64,000 bases of DNA from a candidate division WOR-3 bacterium (GTDB taxonomy: Bacteria > Hydrothermota > Tepidihabitantia > Tepidihabitantales > Tepidihabitantaceae): positions 1 to 64,000 of the forward strand of contig JBBISL010000003.1 in the NCBI GenBank assembly GCA_037441285.1, written 5' to 3'. Below are positions 20,387 to 29,955 of this stretch, piece by piece; the stretch's first letter is position 1; each line of letters starts with the position of its first letter. The position numbers and the translations under genes were made by a program. Under the pieces are notes generated by a model. The model saw only the letters and a list, made by a program, of their open reading frames with translations. It ran no database searches and was not told where the DNA came from.

Positions 20387-22825
20387 ATGCATGAACGATT
20401 AAACGAGGTTCTACCCCTCGTCACCAAACCGATTCGTTACACCGGTGGCGAATACAACTCTTTTTATTTTGAGCCCGGGTCAAAACGGGTCAAATGGGTT
20501 CTGGCGATGCCCGATGTGTATGAAATCGGGATGTCCAATTACGGGTTACGGATTCTTTATTCAATTATCAATCGGTTACCAAACGGTTGTTGTGAACGGT
20601 GCTATGCACCCTGGCCCGATTTTGGCGCGTTGCTTAAGGCGCGACACATTCCCCTTTATGCCTTAGAATCACGGCGGCCGGTTAAGGAGTTTAACATCCT
20701 TGGCGTCTCGTTGCAGAGCGAACTTACCTATACCAATTTACTTTATCTCCTCGACCTTGCCGGAATTCCGCGTTATCGAACCGAACGGGGATGCCACGAC
20801 CCGCTGGTTGTTGCCGGCGGTCCGGGAGCGGTGAATCCGCTGCCCATGGCGGATTTCGTGGATGTGTTTGTGGTTGGTGATGGCGAGGAGGCGGTGCGAG
20901 AAATTACCGCGGTATACGAAGGCTGGAATCAGCGGTCACGGGAGGAGCTGTTAGAAAACCTTGCCCGTTTGTCTGGATTGTATGTACCCGGTTCTACCGA
21001 TACCGGGAAAGCCCGGATAATACGGCGGGTGGTGTCGGAGTTGCGTGAAGAGGATTTTCCCTTTCCGCCTCTGGTCCCGATATGCGAGATAACCCATGAC
21101 CGTCTTACCGTGGAGATTGCCCGCGGTTGTATCCGGGGATGCCGATTCTGTCAGGCAGGGGTAATCAATCGTCCGGTGCGGTTTCGGGATGTGGAACAGG
21201 TTGTGCGCATTGCCGAGCGCGGCATCAGGTCAAGTGGTTGGGAAGAGGTTTCGCTTCTGGCACTTTCCGCCCTTGACTATCCCTATCTATTAGAACTGGT
21301 GGAACGGCTGAACAGGCGGTTGCGGGAGCGCAGGGTGTCGATTTCTTTACCTTCCACCCGGGGTGAGGATTTTACTCCGGAACTGGCATTTTCTTTGCAA
21401 GAGATAAAAAAGGCGGGGTTGACCTTTGCTCCGGAGACGGCGTCGCCGCGGTTGCGCAATTTGCTCAACAAGGACATTGCCGAAGAGAAGATTCTTGAGT
21501 CGGTGCGGAATGCGCTTGATGCGGGCTGGGCCGGGGTAAAACTGTATTTTATGATTGGGCTACCGGGTGAGACTGTAGAGGATGTCAAGGAGATCGGGAG
21601 ATTTGTAACCGAGGTGGCGCGACTTTGTCGGGGGCGGACGGTGCGGTTTAATCTGACGCCTTTCATACCCAAGCCTCACACCCCATTGCAATGGGCCGGT
21701 TTTGGCTCAATTGAGGAGACCCGGGAAAAGATGGCACTGTTGAAGGAGATGCTAAATCGGCGTAATATCAAGCCCAAGTGGGAGAATCCGGAGGCTTCTT
21801 TTGTCCAGGCACTGATTGCGCGGGGCGACGAGAAAATCGGCCGGGTGATTGAGCGGGTCTATGAACAGGGCGGGATTTTTCAGGAGTGGACCGAATTCTT
21901 TAACTTTTCGGTCTGGCAAGATGCTTGCGTCCAATGCGGGGTAGACCCGGCAACTTATTTAAGTAACCGGTCGATAGATGATACCCTACCCTGGGATTTT
22001 ATCGATGTTGGTGTGACCAAGGATTTTCTCATCGAGGAATACCGGCGGGCGCAGCAAGGGGAAAGGACACCGGACTGTATGCAAGGAGGGTGTACTAATT
22101 GTGGTGCCTGCCCGGGACCAAAGCCGGCAGTTCCTCCGGCACCGGTGGAAATAAAGGATGAGGCGCCGGGTCGGTTTGGCCGAAAGCCCCGAAGGGTTCA
22201 GGCTTACGAGGAGTTAAAGAGCCGGTTTCGTTTGAAGTATTTGGTGGAAGAGCCGTTCCAGTTTGCCGCGCACCTGGACCGGGTGCGGGCATTTTACCGT
22301 ACTTTGCGGCGGAGTGAGTTGCCGGTGGTTTACACCAAGGGGTTTGCGCCGAAACCGATGCTCTCTTTTGGACCGCCGTTACCGGTGGGTTTGACATCGG
22401 ACGGCGAGTATGTTGATATCTATCTTTCTTATCAATATTCGGGAAATATTGTCCGGGACATCGGGCAGTTCCTGCCGCGCGGAATCAGAGTGGTAGCGGC
22501 GCGGTTGGTGCCCAACAGTATGCCGACCTTAGGCGCTACCATCAACCTGGGCCGATACGAGGTGGTTGTGCCGGATGAAGAGGCATTGAACCGGGCGCTG
22601 GCAAAGGGAAAGGAGATTCCCGGTGTGCACGCGGTTGTGCCTCTTGACCGGGAAAAGTTGCTTGTTGACCTGACGATTGGGCCCGGGGTGAGGTTGTTTG
22701 ATGTGCTGGGGCAGCTTTTGGGCCGAGAAGGCAACGAAGTCCGGTGTCTCACGGTTAAACGGAAAGACTGTTTTGCTCTGATAGAGGGTGAATTGCGGTC
22801 GCCTTTTGGCGAGGCGGTGCGATAG
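20387..22825 (+). CDS. B12-binding radical SAM protein (TIGR03960-like) fused to DUF2344/TIGR03936-like domain
   Basis: KP.RY.GGE.N, PDVYEIGMSN, RGCIRGCRFCQ, TFAPE, KLYFMIGLP; C-terminal HLD...LPV.YTKGF.PKP.LSFGPPLPVG; usual neighbour of rng. Confidence 0.9.
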   Translation: MHERLNEVLPLVTKPIRYTGGEYNSFYFEPGSKRVKWVLAMPDVYEIGMSNYGLRILYSIINRLPNGCCERCYAPWPDFGALLKARHIPLYALESRRPVKEFNILGVSLQSELTYTNLLYLLDLAGIPRYRTERGCHDPLVVAGGPGAVNPLPMADFVDVFVVGDGEEAVREITAVYEGWNQRSREELLENLARLSGLYVPGSTDTGKARIIRRVVSELREEDFPFPPLVPICEITHDRLTVEIARGCIRGCRFCQAGVINRPVRFRDVEQVVRIAERGIRSSGWEEVSLLALSALDYPYLLELVERLNRRLRERRVSISLPSTRGEDFTPELAFSLQEIKKAGLTFAPETASPRLRNLLNKDIAEEKILESVRNALDAGWAGVKLYFMIGLPGETVEDVKEIGRFVTEVARLCRGRTVRFNLTPFIPKPHTPLQWAGFGSIEETREKMALLKEMLNRRNIKPKWENPEASFVQALIARGDEKIGRVIERVYEQGGIFQEWTEFFNFSVWQDACVQCGVDPATYLSNRSIDDTLPWDFIDVGVTKDFLIEEYRRAQQGERTPDCMQGGCTNCGACPGPKPAVPPAPVEIKDEAPGRFGRKPRRVQAYEELKSRFRLKYLVEEPFQFAAHLDRVRAFYRTLRRSELPVVYTKGFAPKPMLSFGPPLPVGLTSDGEYVDIYLSYQYSGNIVRDIGQFLPRGIRVVAARLVPNSMPTLGATINLGRYEVVVPDEEALNRALAKGKEIPGVHAVVPLDREKLLVDLTIGPGVRLFDVLGQLLGREGNEVRCLTVKRKDCFALIEGELRSPFGEAVR

Positions 22826-22843
22826 AAAAATGAGGGAGGTCAA

Positions 22844-24331
22844 ATGAAGGTCAAGACCAAAATTGCCATCAGCGCCAATGAATGGGAAACGAGGGTGGCG
22901 GTGTTTGAAAATGACCGACTGGTGGAATTTTATGTGGAACGTGCCGAACAGCAGAACCTGGTGGGGCGGATTTACAAAGGAAGGGTAGAAAATGTGATAA
23001 AGGGTCTGCGGGGTGCGTTTGTGAACATCGGTCTGCGCAAGAACGGTTTTCTGCCCTTGACCGAGATTCCGGAGTTCGCCACCCTCGAAGGGGATGAAAT
23101 TGATGAACTGGAGAAGGGAAAGGTTCAGCCCCGGACCATTACCCTGCGGGAAGGGGAAGAGATTCTTGTTCAGGTTGTCAAGGACCCGTTTGCGGAGAAG
23201 GGGGCACGCTTGACATCGTTCGTTTCGATTCCGGGGCGGTTTTTAGTTTACTTCCCCAATGCCCAGCGCATCGGCATATCACGGCGGATTGCCGACCGGC
23301 GGGAACGCGCTCGGTTGAGAGATGTGGTGCGGCAGTTTAAAAGTCCGCACGCGGGATTGATCATCCGGACCGCGGCAGCAGAGGCATCGAGCGATGACCT
23401 TCAACTGGAGTATCAGGAACTGGAGCGGGTCTGGGAAGAGGTGCGCAGCAAGGCGGAGATGGTTCGTTCGCCGGCGGTGCTCTACGAGGAGCCATCAATT
23501 GCGGTCAAGGTTGTGCGGGACATTTTGAACGAGAATGTTGAAAAAATTACCGTGGACAATGAAGGGGTGTATAAACAACTAAGCGAATACCTTGCGCGCC
23601 TGGCACCCCGTTTTCGGCGCCGGCTGGAGTTTTATCGGGGTGACACCCCGTTATTTGAGTACACCGGTGCCGAAGCGGAGCTGGCTGCGCTGTTTCAGAA
23701 ACGGGTATGGCTGAAGTCCGGGGGATTTATTACCATTGACCAGACCGAGGCGATGGTGGTTATCGATGTCAACACCGGCCGCTCCGCCCAGGAGGAGGAC
23801 CCGGAGAAGCTGATATTCGAAACCAACCTTGAGGCAGCAGCGGAGATTGCCCGCCAGATAAGACTTCGGGACCTTGCCGGACTGATAATTATCGACTTTA
23901 TCGACATGGAGGACCAGAAGAATACCGAACGGGTAGTCCAGGAGTTGAAGGCACATCTTTCCAATGACCGGGCAAAGGCGGACTTTTCAAAGATGAGCCG
24001 TTTCGGGTTATTGGAGATGACCCGCGAAAGAACCCGGCCGGGAATGATGTATCTGTTGTGCGAGACCTGTCCGACCTGTAATGGCACGGGCCGGGTGCGC
24101 TCACGCGCCGATGTCGCAATGCAGGTTGAGCGGATGATAATCAACCGATTGCCAAAACTCCGGGGCCGGCGCGTGCGGATTCTGGCGGCACCATCCCTTG
24201 CTGAGTTTCTTACCACTGAATGGTATGACCGTCTGGCTGAGTTTGCCCGACGGTATGAGCTGGCGATAGATGTGAAAACCGACTATCAGCTGGCACCAAC
24301 GGAATTTAAGTTGCTGGCCGAGTCGGTTTAG
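22844..24331 (+). CDS. rng: Ribonuclease G (Rne/Rng family)
   Basis: S1 domain (GRIYKGRV, AFVNIG), KGARLT, IDVNTG, RLRDLAGLIIIDFIDM, CPTC.G.G. Confidence 0.95.
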   Translation: MKVKTKIAISANEWETRVAVFENDRLVEFYVERAEQQNLVGRIYKGRVENVIKGLRGAFVNIGLRKNGFLPLTEIPEFATLEGDEIDELEKGKVQPRTITLREGEEILVQVVKDPFAEKGARLTSFVSIPGRFLVYFPNAQRIGISRRIADRRERARLRDVVRQFKSPHAGLIIRTAAAEASSDDLQLEYQELERVWEEVRSKAEMVRSPAVLYEEPSIAVKVVRDILNENVEKITVDNEGVYKQLSEYLARLAPRFRRRLEFYRGDTPLFEYTGAEAELAALFQKRVWLKSGGFITIDQTEAMVVIDVNTGRSAQEEDPEKLIFETNLEAAAEIARQIRLRDLAGLIIIDFIDMEDQKNTERVVQELKAHLSNDRAKADFSKMSRFGLLEMTRERTRPGMMYLLCETCPTCNGTGRVRSRADVAMQVERMIINRLPKLRGRRVRILAAPSLAEFLTTEWYDRLAEFARRYELAIDVKTDYQLAPTEFKLLAESV

Positions 24332-24549
24332 TCGCGAACCTCAAACAACTTCCAGCGGCTCGTTCTTCCCTGCACGAGACGGATACTGCTTTTCGGTAGA
24401 TGCAGAAATTCCGCAAGGGCGGCAATCACCGCCTGGTTCGCCTTGTCTTCTAACGGTGCAGCACGGACCGCCACGGTCAAGGTGCCATCGGGGTTACGAG
24501 TTACCGACTCTTTCCGGCTTTTGGGTTTGACAAAGACACGCAGGTGCAA
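24328..24549 (-). CDS. DUF167 (YggU) family protein
   Basis: VKP.SR, V.AAP...KAN.A....LA, G.TSR.K. Confidence 0.88.
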   Translation of the reverse strand: MHLRVFVKPKSRKESVTRNPDGTLTVAVRAAPLEDKANQAVIAALAEFLHLPKSSIRLVQGRTSRWKLFEVRD

Positions 24550-24553
24550 ATGG

Positions 24554-27037
24554 TTAACCCGCCTGTGCCAATCGCCGTGCCGTAGCGCTCAAGTCGGTTT
24601 TGAAACGGTCTTTGAGTTCCTGCCGCTTGCCGGCATTCCAGCCCGATACCCTGGAAAAGTAGCCGGTTACCCGGGTGATGTAGTCAACATCGGAGGAGTG
24701 GCAGTAAGGACAGGTGTCAGCGATGCCGCGGCTGGTGCGGTGGCATCGGCTACAGGTAGTGAATTCGGGCGAGAAGGCGATTTGCGCGTTCCTGGTATTG
24801 TGGTAGGTTTTGAGAACAAAGTTCGCAATTGACTCTTTTGGTGGCCGGGAATCGGCAAGCCAAACATGGGTGAGGGCACCAGCTTCAATCATATCGTGGA
24901 ACTTACCTTCAAGATAGACACGGTCAATGGGGTCGATGGGAAGTGAGACATTCAGGTAAGTGGAGTTGGTGTAGTAAATTGAGCCGGAGTTGATATCACC
25001 TTTTACCACCCGCTGTGCCTGTTCCGGGTAGAACTCAAGGTCCAGTTTAGCAAGCCGGTAGGCGGTTGATTCAGCGGGCGTCTGTTCAATCACCAGTCGG
25101 ATATTGTTCTCTTTTGCCAGACGCTGGCACTCAAGGTTGAGGAAGGCAATCACCTTGAGGCCGAATCGTAACGCCACTTCACTCTCGTGCAGCTCCTGCC
25201 CCAGGTGGTACTGCACCATTTCGTTTAATCCCAAGACCCCGACCAGGAAAGTTGCCCGATGGAGTCGGAGATAAGGCTCGCCATCCGGGTCCATTGTTAA
25301 AAGTGCCAGTGGTCCTTCCGACTTCAAAGACAACAGTTTCTCAAGGAAGGTCTTTTTTTCCAGATGTGCCCGGACCACCATTTCCAATCGCTGACGGAGC
25401 AGTGAGAACAGGGTCGCGTCGTCATGATTGGCTAAAAACGCCACCCGGGGCAAATTGAGCGTCACATTCTGCAGGGCACAGTAACGCATCTTCCAGGGTG
25501 TTCGGGCATCATTCAGGTCGTTTTCGTCAAGGCGGAAACTGAGCCGGCAGCATTCGCTAATCTTTGCGGTTTTACCCCGGTCAAATACGAAATAGGTGTT
25601 GCCCTTTTCCGCCGCAACATCGGAAATATGGTAGAGAAAGTCGAGGGCGCCCTCGGTTTTGAAAAAGTTGTCGGTAAGATGCACCAGCGGTTTGGGAAAG
25701 AAGAATGGTCGGCCCGAACCATCACCATCAAGATAAACATCAAATATCGCCCGGACAAAACGCTGCGCCTCGGGCAGATAGTCCCGATATTTTTTACCGG
25801 TATAATTGCCTCCGGGACCGATGGCGTCAACATCGGCAAAGTGCGGTGGGATTTCCCAGTAAAGGTTTATGTCGGAAAAGATTGCCTGTCCACCCCGGGC
25901 GACATTTTGCTGGGAGTATTCAAACACCAGCATCTGGGCGAGCTGATGGATGTCTTTATCGCTCATTCCGACCAAAAACGGAGCGAAGAATATGTTGACC
26001 GCATCCCAGCCAATGGCACCGGCAAAGTGGCCCTGAAGCGCCGCCGAGAATTTCACCATATGGGCGAGTAGCGTTTCGGGGTGACGAGCCGGTTTTGCCA
26101 TCGATAAGGCGTTGGGGAGATTAAGACCAAACTTCTTTACATATTCGAGCGACTGGCCCGAACAGTAGGGACGATTTATAAATCCCAAATCGTGGAGATG
26201 AATGTCACCCCAGGTGTGGGCATCGGCAATATCAGGGTCAAACACCGAGGAGAGCGCGAACTGCTTCAGGGTCCATTCGGCAAGGGTCATATTTGTCGCT
26301 TCGGGGTTGTGAGGGGTGTTGGCATTCTCGCGGTTTTTGTAAAGGATGAGGTTCTCGACATCGTTCAGCGGTACACCAAGTCGGGTGTGGCGGCGCCGAT
26401 GTTCCTCAAGGCCATGCTCAACCAGTTTGGCATTGACCAGTTCCCGCACGAGACTCGAGGTGACACGGCGGACATTTGAGGCGATGATAATCTCCTCAAC
26501 TTCGCGGGCGATTTCTTCGGCGCTCTCCGGGTCGAGGCTCGCTTCGCGGATTAAGGCGCGGCTGATTCGGCTTCGGTCCCACTGTCGGATAGTGTCGTCC
26601 GAAGACCGGACAAAAAGGGCAAACTCAGTTGTATCCCGATTTACCCCAACCCGGGGTTTGAGCAGCGCGGCATGCCGTTTTCGTGCCTGGGCACGCCTTT
26701 CCCGGTAAAGAATGTAGGCTTTGGCGGTTTGGGCGTGTCCGTGTTCAATCAACACCTTCTCAACCGCATCGCCAATCTCATCTACCGTTGGGATATGGGG
26801 ACCGCGCTGTTCATAAAGGTAATTTACCACCATTTCGGCAAGTTCGCGGGCGCGGGTGTAATCTTCGCCACCTACTGACCTTGCGGCTTTAAAAATGGCG
26901 GCGGCAATCTTTTCAATATTGAACTCCACCAGGTCTCCAGACCGTTTTTGTACCTTTCGGAATGGAAAAGGTGACGGTCCAGTGGCGTCTGGTGTGTTGT
27001 CAACTTTCCTGCAAGCCCGTTTTACCGGTTTTCCCAC
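24554..27037 (-). CDS. nrdD: Anaerobic (class III) ribonucleoside-triphosphate reductase with two N-terminal ATP-cone-like domains
   Basis: ATP cone (VQKRSG..VEFN..KI), IHLHDL, YCS, RGGQ, ECCRL, TPAES, Zn CxxC..CPYC, glycyl motif RVTGY. Confidence 0.95.
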   Translation of the reverse strand: MGKPVKRACRKVDNTPDATGPSPFPFRKVQKRSGDLVEFNIEKIAAAIFKAARSVGGEDYTRARELAEMVVNYLYEQRGPHIPTVDEIGDAVEKVLIEHGHAQTAKAYILYRERRAQARKRHAALLKPRVGVNRDTTEFALFVRSSDDTIRQWDRSRISRALIREASLDPESAEEIAREVEEIIIASNVRRVTSSLVRELVNAKLVEHGLEEHRRRHTRLGVPLNDVENLILYKNRENANTPHNPEATNMTLAEWTLKQFALSSVFDPDIADAHTWGDIHLHDLGFINRPYCSGQSLEYVKKFGLNLPNALSMAKPARHPETLLAHMVKFSAALQGHFAGAIGWDAVNIFFAPFLVGMSDKDIHQLAQMLVFEYSQQNVARGGQAIFSDINLYWEIPPHFADVDAIGPGGNYTGKKYRDYLPEAQRFVRAIFDVYLDGDGSGRPFFFPKPLVHLTDNFFKTEGALDFLYHISDVAAEKGNTYFVFDRGKTAKISECCRLSFRLDENDLNDARTPWKMRYCALQNVTLNLPRVAFLANHDDATLFSLLRQRLEMVVRAHLEKKTFLEKLLSLKSEGPLALLTMDPDGEPYLRLHRATFLVGVLGLNEMVQYHLGQELHESEVALRFGLKVIAFLNLECQRLAKENNIRLVIEQTPAESTAYRLAKLDLEFYPEQAQRVVKGDINSGSIYYTNSTYLNVSLPIDPIDRVYLEGKFHDMIEAGALTHVWLADSRPPKESIANFVLKTYHNTRNAQIAFSPEFTTCSRCHRTSRGIADTCPYCHSSDVDYITRVTGYFSRVSGWNAGKRQELKDRFKTDLSATARRLAQAG

Positions 27038-27494
27038 TCTGCACTCCTTTCTTGAGATTTTTTAACTCCTCCACAAACTGTTCCGGACTATTAAATTGCC
27101 GGTAGACCGAGGCAAAACGGACATACGCTACCGGGTCAATTGATAGCAACTGCTCAAGTACCAGTTCTCCAAGTTCCGTGGAACTGACTTCCACCCGACT
27201 GTCTGCGGTTAGTTTTGTTTCAACCGCATCAATGAGCTTTTCAATATCGGTTCGGCTTACCGGCCGCTTACGGCAGGCAAGCAAAATACCATTCAGCAGT
27301 TTTTGCCGGTCATAAGGTTCGCGGCGTCCGTCGCGTTTCACAACCATCAAGGGCATCTGTTCAACATACTCATATGTGGTAAATCTTTTACCGCAATGCG
27401 CGCATTCCCGGCGACGTCTAATAGCGGTTCCGTCTTGAGAAGGGCGGGAGTCAAGAACCCGGTCTTCAACACTTTCACAAAAAGGGCACTTCAT
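27000..27494 (-). CDS. nrdR: Transcriptional repressor NrdR
   Basis: MKCPFC, V.DSR, IRRRREC..C.KRFTTYE, ATP cone, VAYVRFASVY. Confidence 0.98.
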   Translation of the reverse strand: MKCPFCESVEDRVLDSRPSQDGTAIRRRRECAHCGKRFTTYEYVEQMPLMVVKRDGRREPYDRQKLLNGILLACRKRPVSRTDIEKLIDAVETKLTADSRVEVSSTELGELVLEQLLSIDPVAYVRFASVYRQFNSPEQFVEELKNLKKGVQSGKTGKTGLQES

Positions 27495-27531
27495 ATAGTG
27501 ATGGTTTTAAATATAATACTATATATAGCAG
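27486..27531. promoter_or_regulatory. Tandem NrdR boxes
   Basis: gcaCTTCATATAGtga (27486-27501) and ataCTATATATAGcag (27516-27531) resemble acaCwAtATaTwGtgt; 30-bp period. Confidence 0.8.
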
Positions 27532-27537
27532 TGTCAA
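27510..27537 (-). promoter_or_regulatory. Promoter of nrdR-nrdD
   Basis: TTGACA-16nt-TATATT; the spacer is exactly the distal NrdR box. Confidence 0.7.
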
Positions 27538-27667
27538 TGAAAATGTAAATTTGACGCTAATTTTATAACTATTTTTAAAATAGTAAATTACATTTACACT
27601 GCCGAATAAATCGGCGGCGAATTTTTGGTGCGGTTGTAAAGGTGGGTTTTAGGGTTTTTACCCTGAT

Positions 27668-27698
27668 TTATCCACATTTTATCCACAGGTTATCAACA
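27668..27698 (+). promoter_or_regulatory. Three tandem DnaA boxes
   Basis: TTATCCACA (27668), TTATCCACA (27679), TTATCAACA (27690); exact 11-bp period. Confidence 0.8.
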
Positions 27699-27704
27699 TT
27701 ATTT

Positions 27705-28658
27705 TCAGGGGTGTTGAAAATGGTCATAGCCGTGCAGCGGTAATGGGGTAATGGTGCCTTTTTGTTCAAGATAAACGCCGGTTCCGGTTTCTACTCTGCC
27801 GATAATGGTGATTGGTGTGTTGTTAATGCGGGATGGTGGCTTTGTTTTTGTTGTGAAGAGCAGTTCGTAATCTTCGCCAGCAGTAAGACAGAAGCGAACA
27901 GTGTCAATATCAAGTTTTCTTGTCAACGCCCGGGTAACAGGATGAATCGGGATAAGTTCGGGCTGAATCACGATACGCACCCGGCTCATTTCAGCGATGT
28001 GTCGGGCATCGGTGGCGATGCCGTCTGATGTGTCAATCAGGGCATTTATCCGGCGTCGGAGTTTCGTCGTCACTTTGATGCGGGGTAAGGGGCATAAGTG
28101 GCGGATTGTCGCTGGTTGGTACTTTGATGCGGTTTTACCCTGAGCCAGGAGTAGCCGACCGGTTTCTGCCAATCCGGCAAAGCCGGTGACGCAGAGAAAG
28201 TCTTTGGGTTTGGCGGCAGCACGTAATAGAGGTCTTGAAGTTTTGCCCAGTGCGGTTAATGTCAGAACCGGTTGGTCAAATGCGATGATGTCCCCGCCCA
28301 CAATCTCACAGTTTAATCTGCTGCAAACAAAGTCTAACCCTTTATAAAGCTGTCGTAATTCATCGACCCGCGTATCGCCGGGGAGTGCCAGAGCAACCAG
28401 CAGGGCAATGGGTTGTGCACCCATTGCCACCACATCGGAAAGGCAGGCGCCAGCACAGCGTGTCCCCACATCGTGATAACTCATATAAGAAAGGTCAAAG
28501 TGAACACCCTGGGCATAACTGTCGGTTGTGATTACTGTTTTGCCATCCTTTAAAATGCAGGCGTCATCGCCGATACCGATTAAAACTTTATTCCTCTTTT
28601 TTACTGTTTGACTGATGAGTTCAATTATTTTTGTCTCTCCCAAATGATTAATCCGCAT
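27705..28658 (-). CDS. thiL: Thiamine-monophosphate kinase
   Basis: GE..II, GIGDDA, GVHF, LSDVVAMGA.P, GGD, DTSDG, GEDYEL, GYDHF; ATG 28658 lies 7 nt after TATAAT. Confidence 0.95.
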   Translation of the reverse strand: MRINHLGETKIIELISQTVKKRNKVLIGIGDDACILKDGKTVITTDSYAQGVHFDLSYMSYHDVGTRCAGACLSDVVAMGAQPIALLVALALPGDTRVDELRQLYKGLDFVCSRLNCEIVGGDIIAFDQPVLTLTALGKTSRPLLRAAAKPKDFLCVTGFAGLAETGRLLLAQGKTASKYQPATIRHLCPLPRIKVTTKLRRRINALIDTSDGIATDARHIAEMSRVRIVIQPELIPIHPVTRALTRKLDIDTVRFCLTAGEDYELLFTTKTKPPSRINNTPITIIGRVETGTGVYLEQKGTITPLPLHGYDHFQHP

Positions 28659-28903
28659 AGGCAATATTATATTATATGAAAATAGTTGCAAGAACGGGAG
28701 AAACGGTTTCCAGTTCATTTTGGCTGTTCCGACAGGCATCAAACCAGCACCCTTATTATCCGTGATATCATTTTTTTGGGAAATAATTGTCACCTTCACT
28801 TTATTTTCGAAATGTGATGGAGTTAATAACAAGCGAAATTTCTAATAGATAGGAGTATGTGTTCTGTTTTGATAAGGTAATAAATTTTATGTGAAAGTTT
28901 TTC

Positions 28904-28931
28904 TTGACAAGCGATTTTAAATTTATAACTT
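28904..28931 (+). promoter_or_regulatory. Promoter of hydrogenase operon (leaderless geometry)
   Basis: TTGACA-16nt-TAACTT-7nt-TTG. Confidence 0.55.
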
Positions 28932-28938
28932 TATTTTC

Positions 28939-29955
28939 TTGGCGATATACTTTTTACCAAACGAAAGGCGCGTCAACTGGCTCGCCCGACTTGCGGGCGG
29001 TTACAACCTGTTCATTCCGGTTAAGGCTGGGAATGGGGTACACTGGCAGCGGTTTGATAAAGAAAAGGTTGATTTAGATTCCCTGGCATTAAAGGAGATT
29101 CGTGCTGCCGAGCCGATAAAATCTTTCCTTTTCAGCCCTCGGGAGCGGGTTGCCCTCTTTCCCGAACCACTCGAGGAGCCGGCTGATGGAAACCCGGCTC
29201 TTCTTTTGGGAGTGAAGGGTTGCGACCTGAGAGGTTTGGCGGTTCATCAAAAGATGTTCCTTGAGGGTGAGTTTGCGGACCCATTTTATTCAAAGCGGGT
29301 AAAAGAAACGGTTCTTATCGCAGCCGACTGTCCGGAGCCTAAAGACTCCTGTTTCTGCAATCTGGTTGGATTGAAGCCCTATGCGGTTGATGGGGTGGAT
29401 TTAGTCCTCAGCGTGATTGATGAAGGTTGGCTTGTTGAGGTTGTGTCGGAAAGAGGGGCAAAGCTGATTGAGGGCGAAAATTGGCAGCCTGCGGCCGAGA
29501 GGCAGATTAACAAGCGGGACGGCCAAAGGCAGCAGGCAGAAGGTGTGTTACAGCAGCGCAATCCTAAACCCCTGAACCCAAATTTACCACAGGTGATTGC
29601 CGAAAGAACCAACGATGAGAAGTTCTGGGCGGAGGCAGCAAAGGATTGCGTTGAATGCTTTGGCTGTTTGATGACCTGTCCGACCTGCTTCTGTTTCTTA
29701 CTGTACGACCAGGCAAAGGGCGATAAGGTTGAACGGACCAAGGTCTGGGATGCCTGTTATATGGCGATGTATGCTCGAGTTGGGGGCGGTGCAAATCCCC
29801 GGGCAAAGTTCCTTAAACGGTTTATTAATCGGTTTCACTGCAAGTTTATGCATGGGAAGAATCAACACGGGTTTTACTTCTGCTCGGGCTGTGGCAGATG
29901 CTTTACCGCCTGTATGGGTAAGATTGACATCAGGGATATTTTAGGACGCTTATGA
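28939..29955 (+). CDS. AsrA/sulfhydrogenase-beta (HydB)-like Fe-S protein
   Basis: GVKGCD, DC......CFC, CVECFGCLMTCPTCFC, WDAC, CSGCGRCFTAC. Confidence 0.88.
   Translation: MAIYFLPNERRVNWLARLAGGYNLFIPVKAGNGVHWQRFDKEKVDLDSLALKEIRAAEPIKSFLFSPRERVALFPEPLEEPADGNPALLLGVKGCDLRGLAVHQKMFLEGEFADPFYSKRVKETVLIAADCPEPKDSCFCNLVGLKPYAVDGVDLVLSVIDEGWLVEVVSERGAKLIEGENWQPAAERQINKRDGQRQQAEGVLQQRNPKPLNPNLPQVIAERTNDEKFWAEAAKDCVECFGCLMTCPTCFCFLLYDQAKGDKVERTKVWDACYMAMYARVGGGANPRAKFLKRFINRFHCKFMHGKNQHGFYFCSGCGRCFTACMGKIDIRDILGRL

Noticed and set aside
27500..27710. oriC
   Set aside because: No visible G/C skew inversion, only three boxes and no dnaA; kept as a regulatory DnaA cluster
28800..28910. Possible Rex/Fnr/Crp sites upstream of the hydrogenase operon
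   Set aside because: Only half-sites (TGTGA, TTGAT); no convincing palindrome
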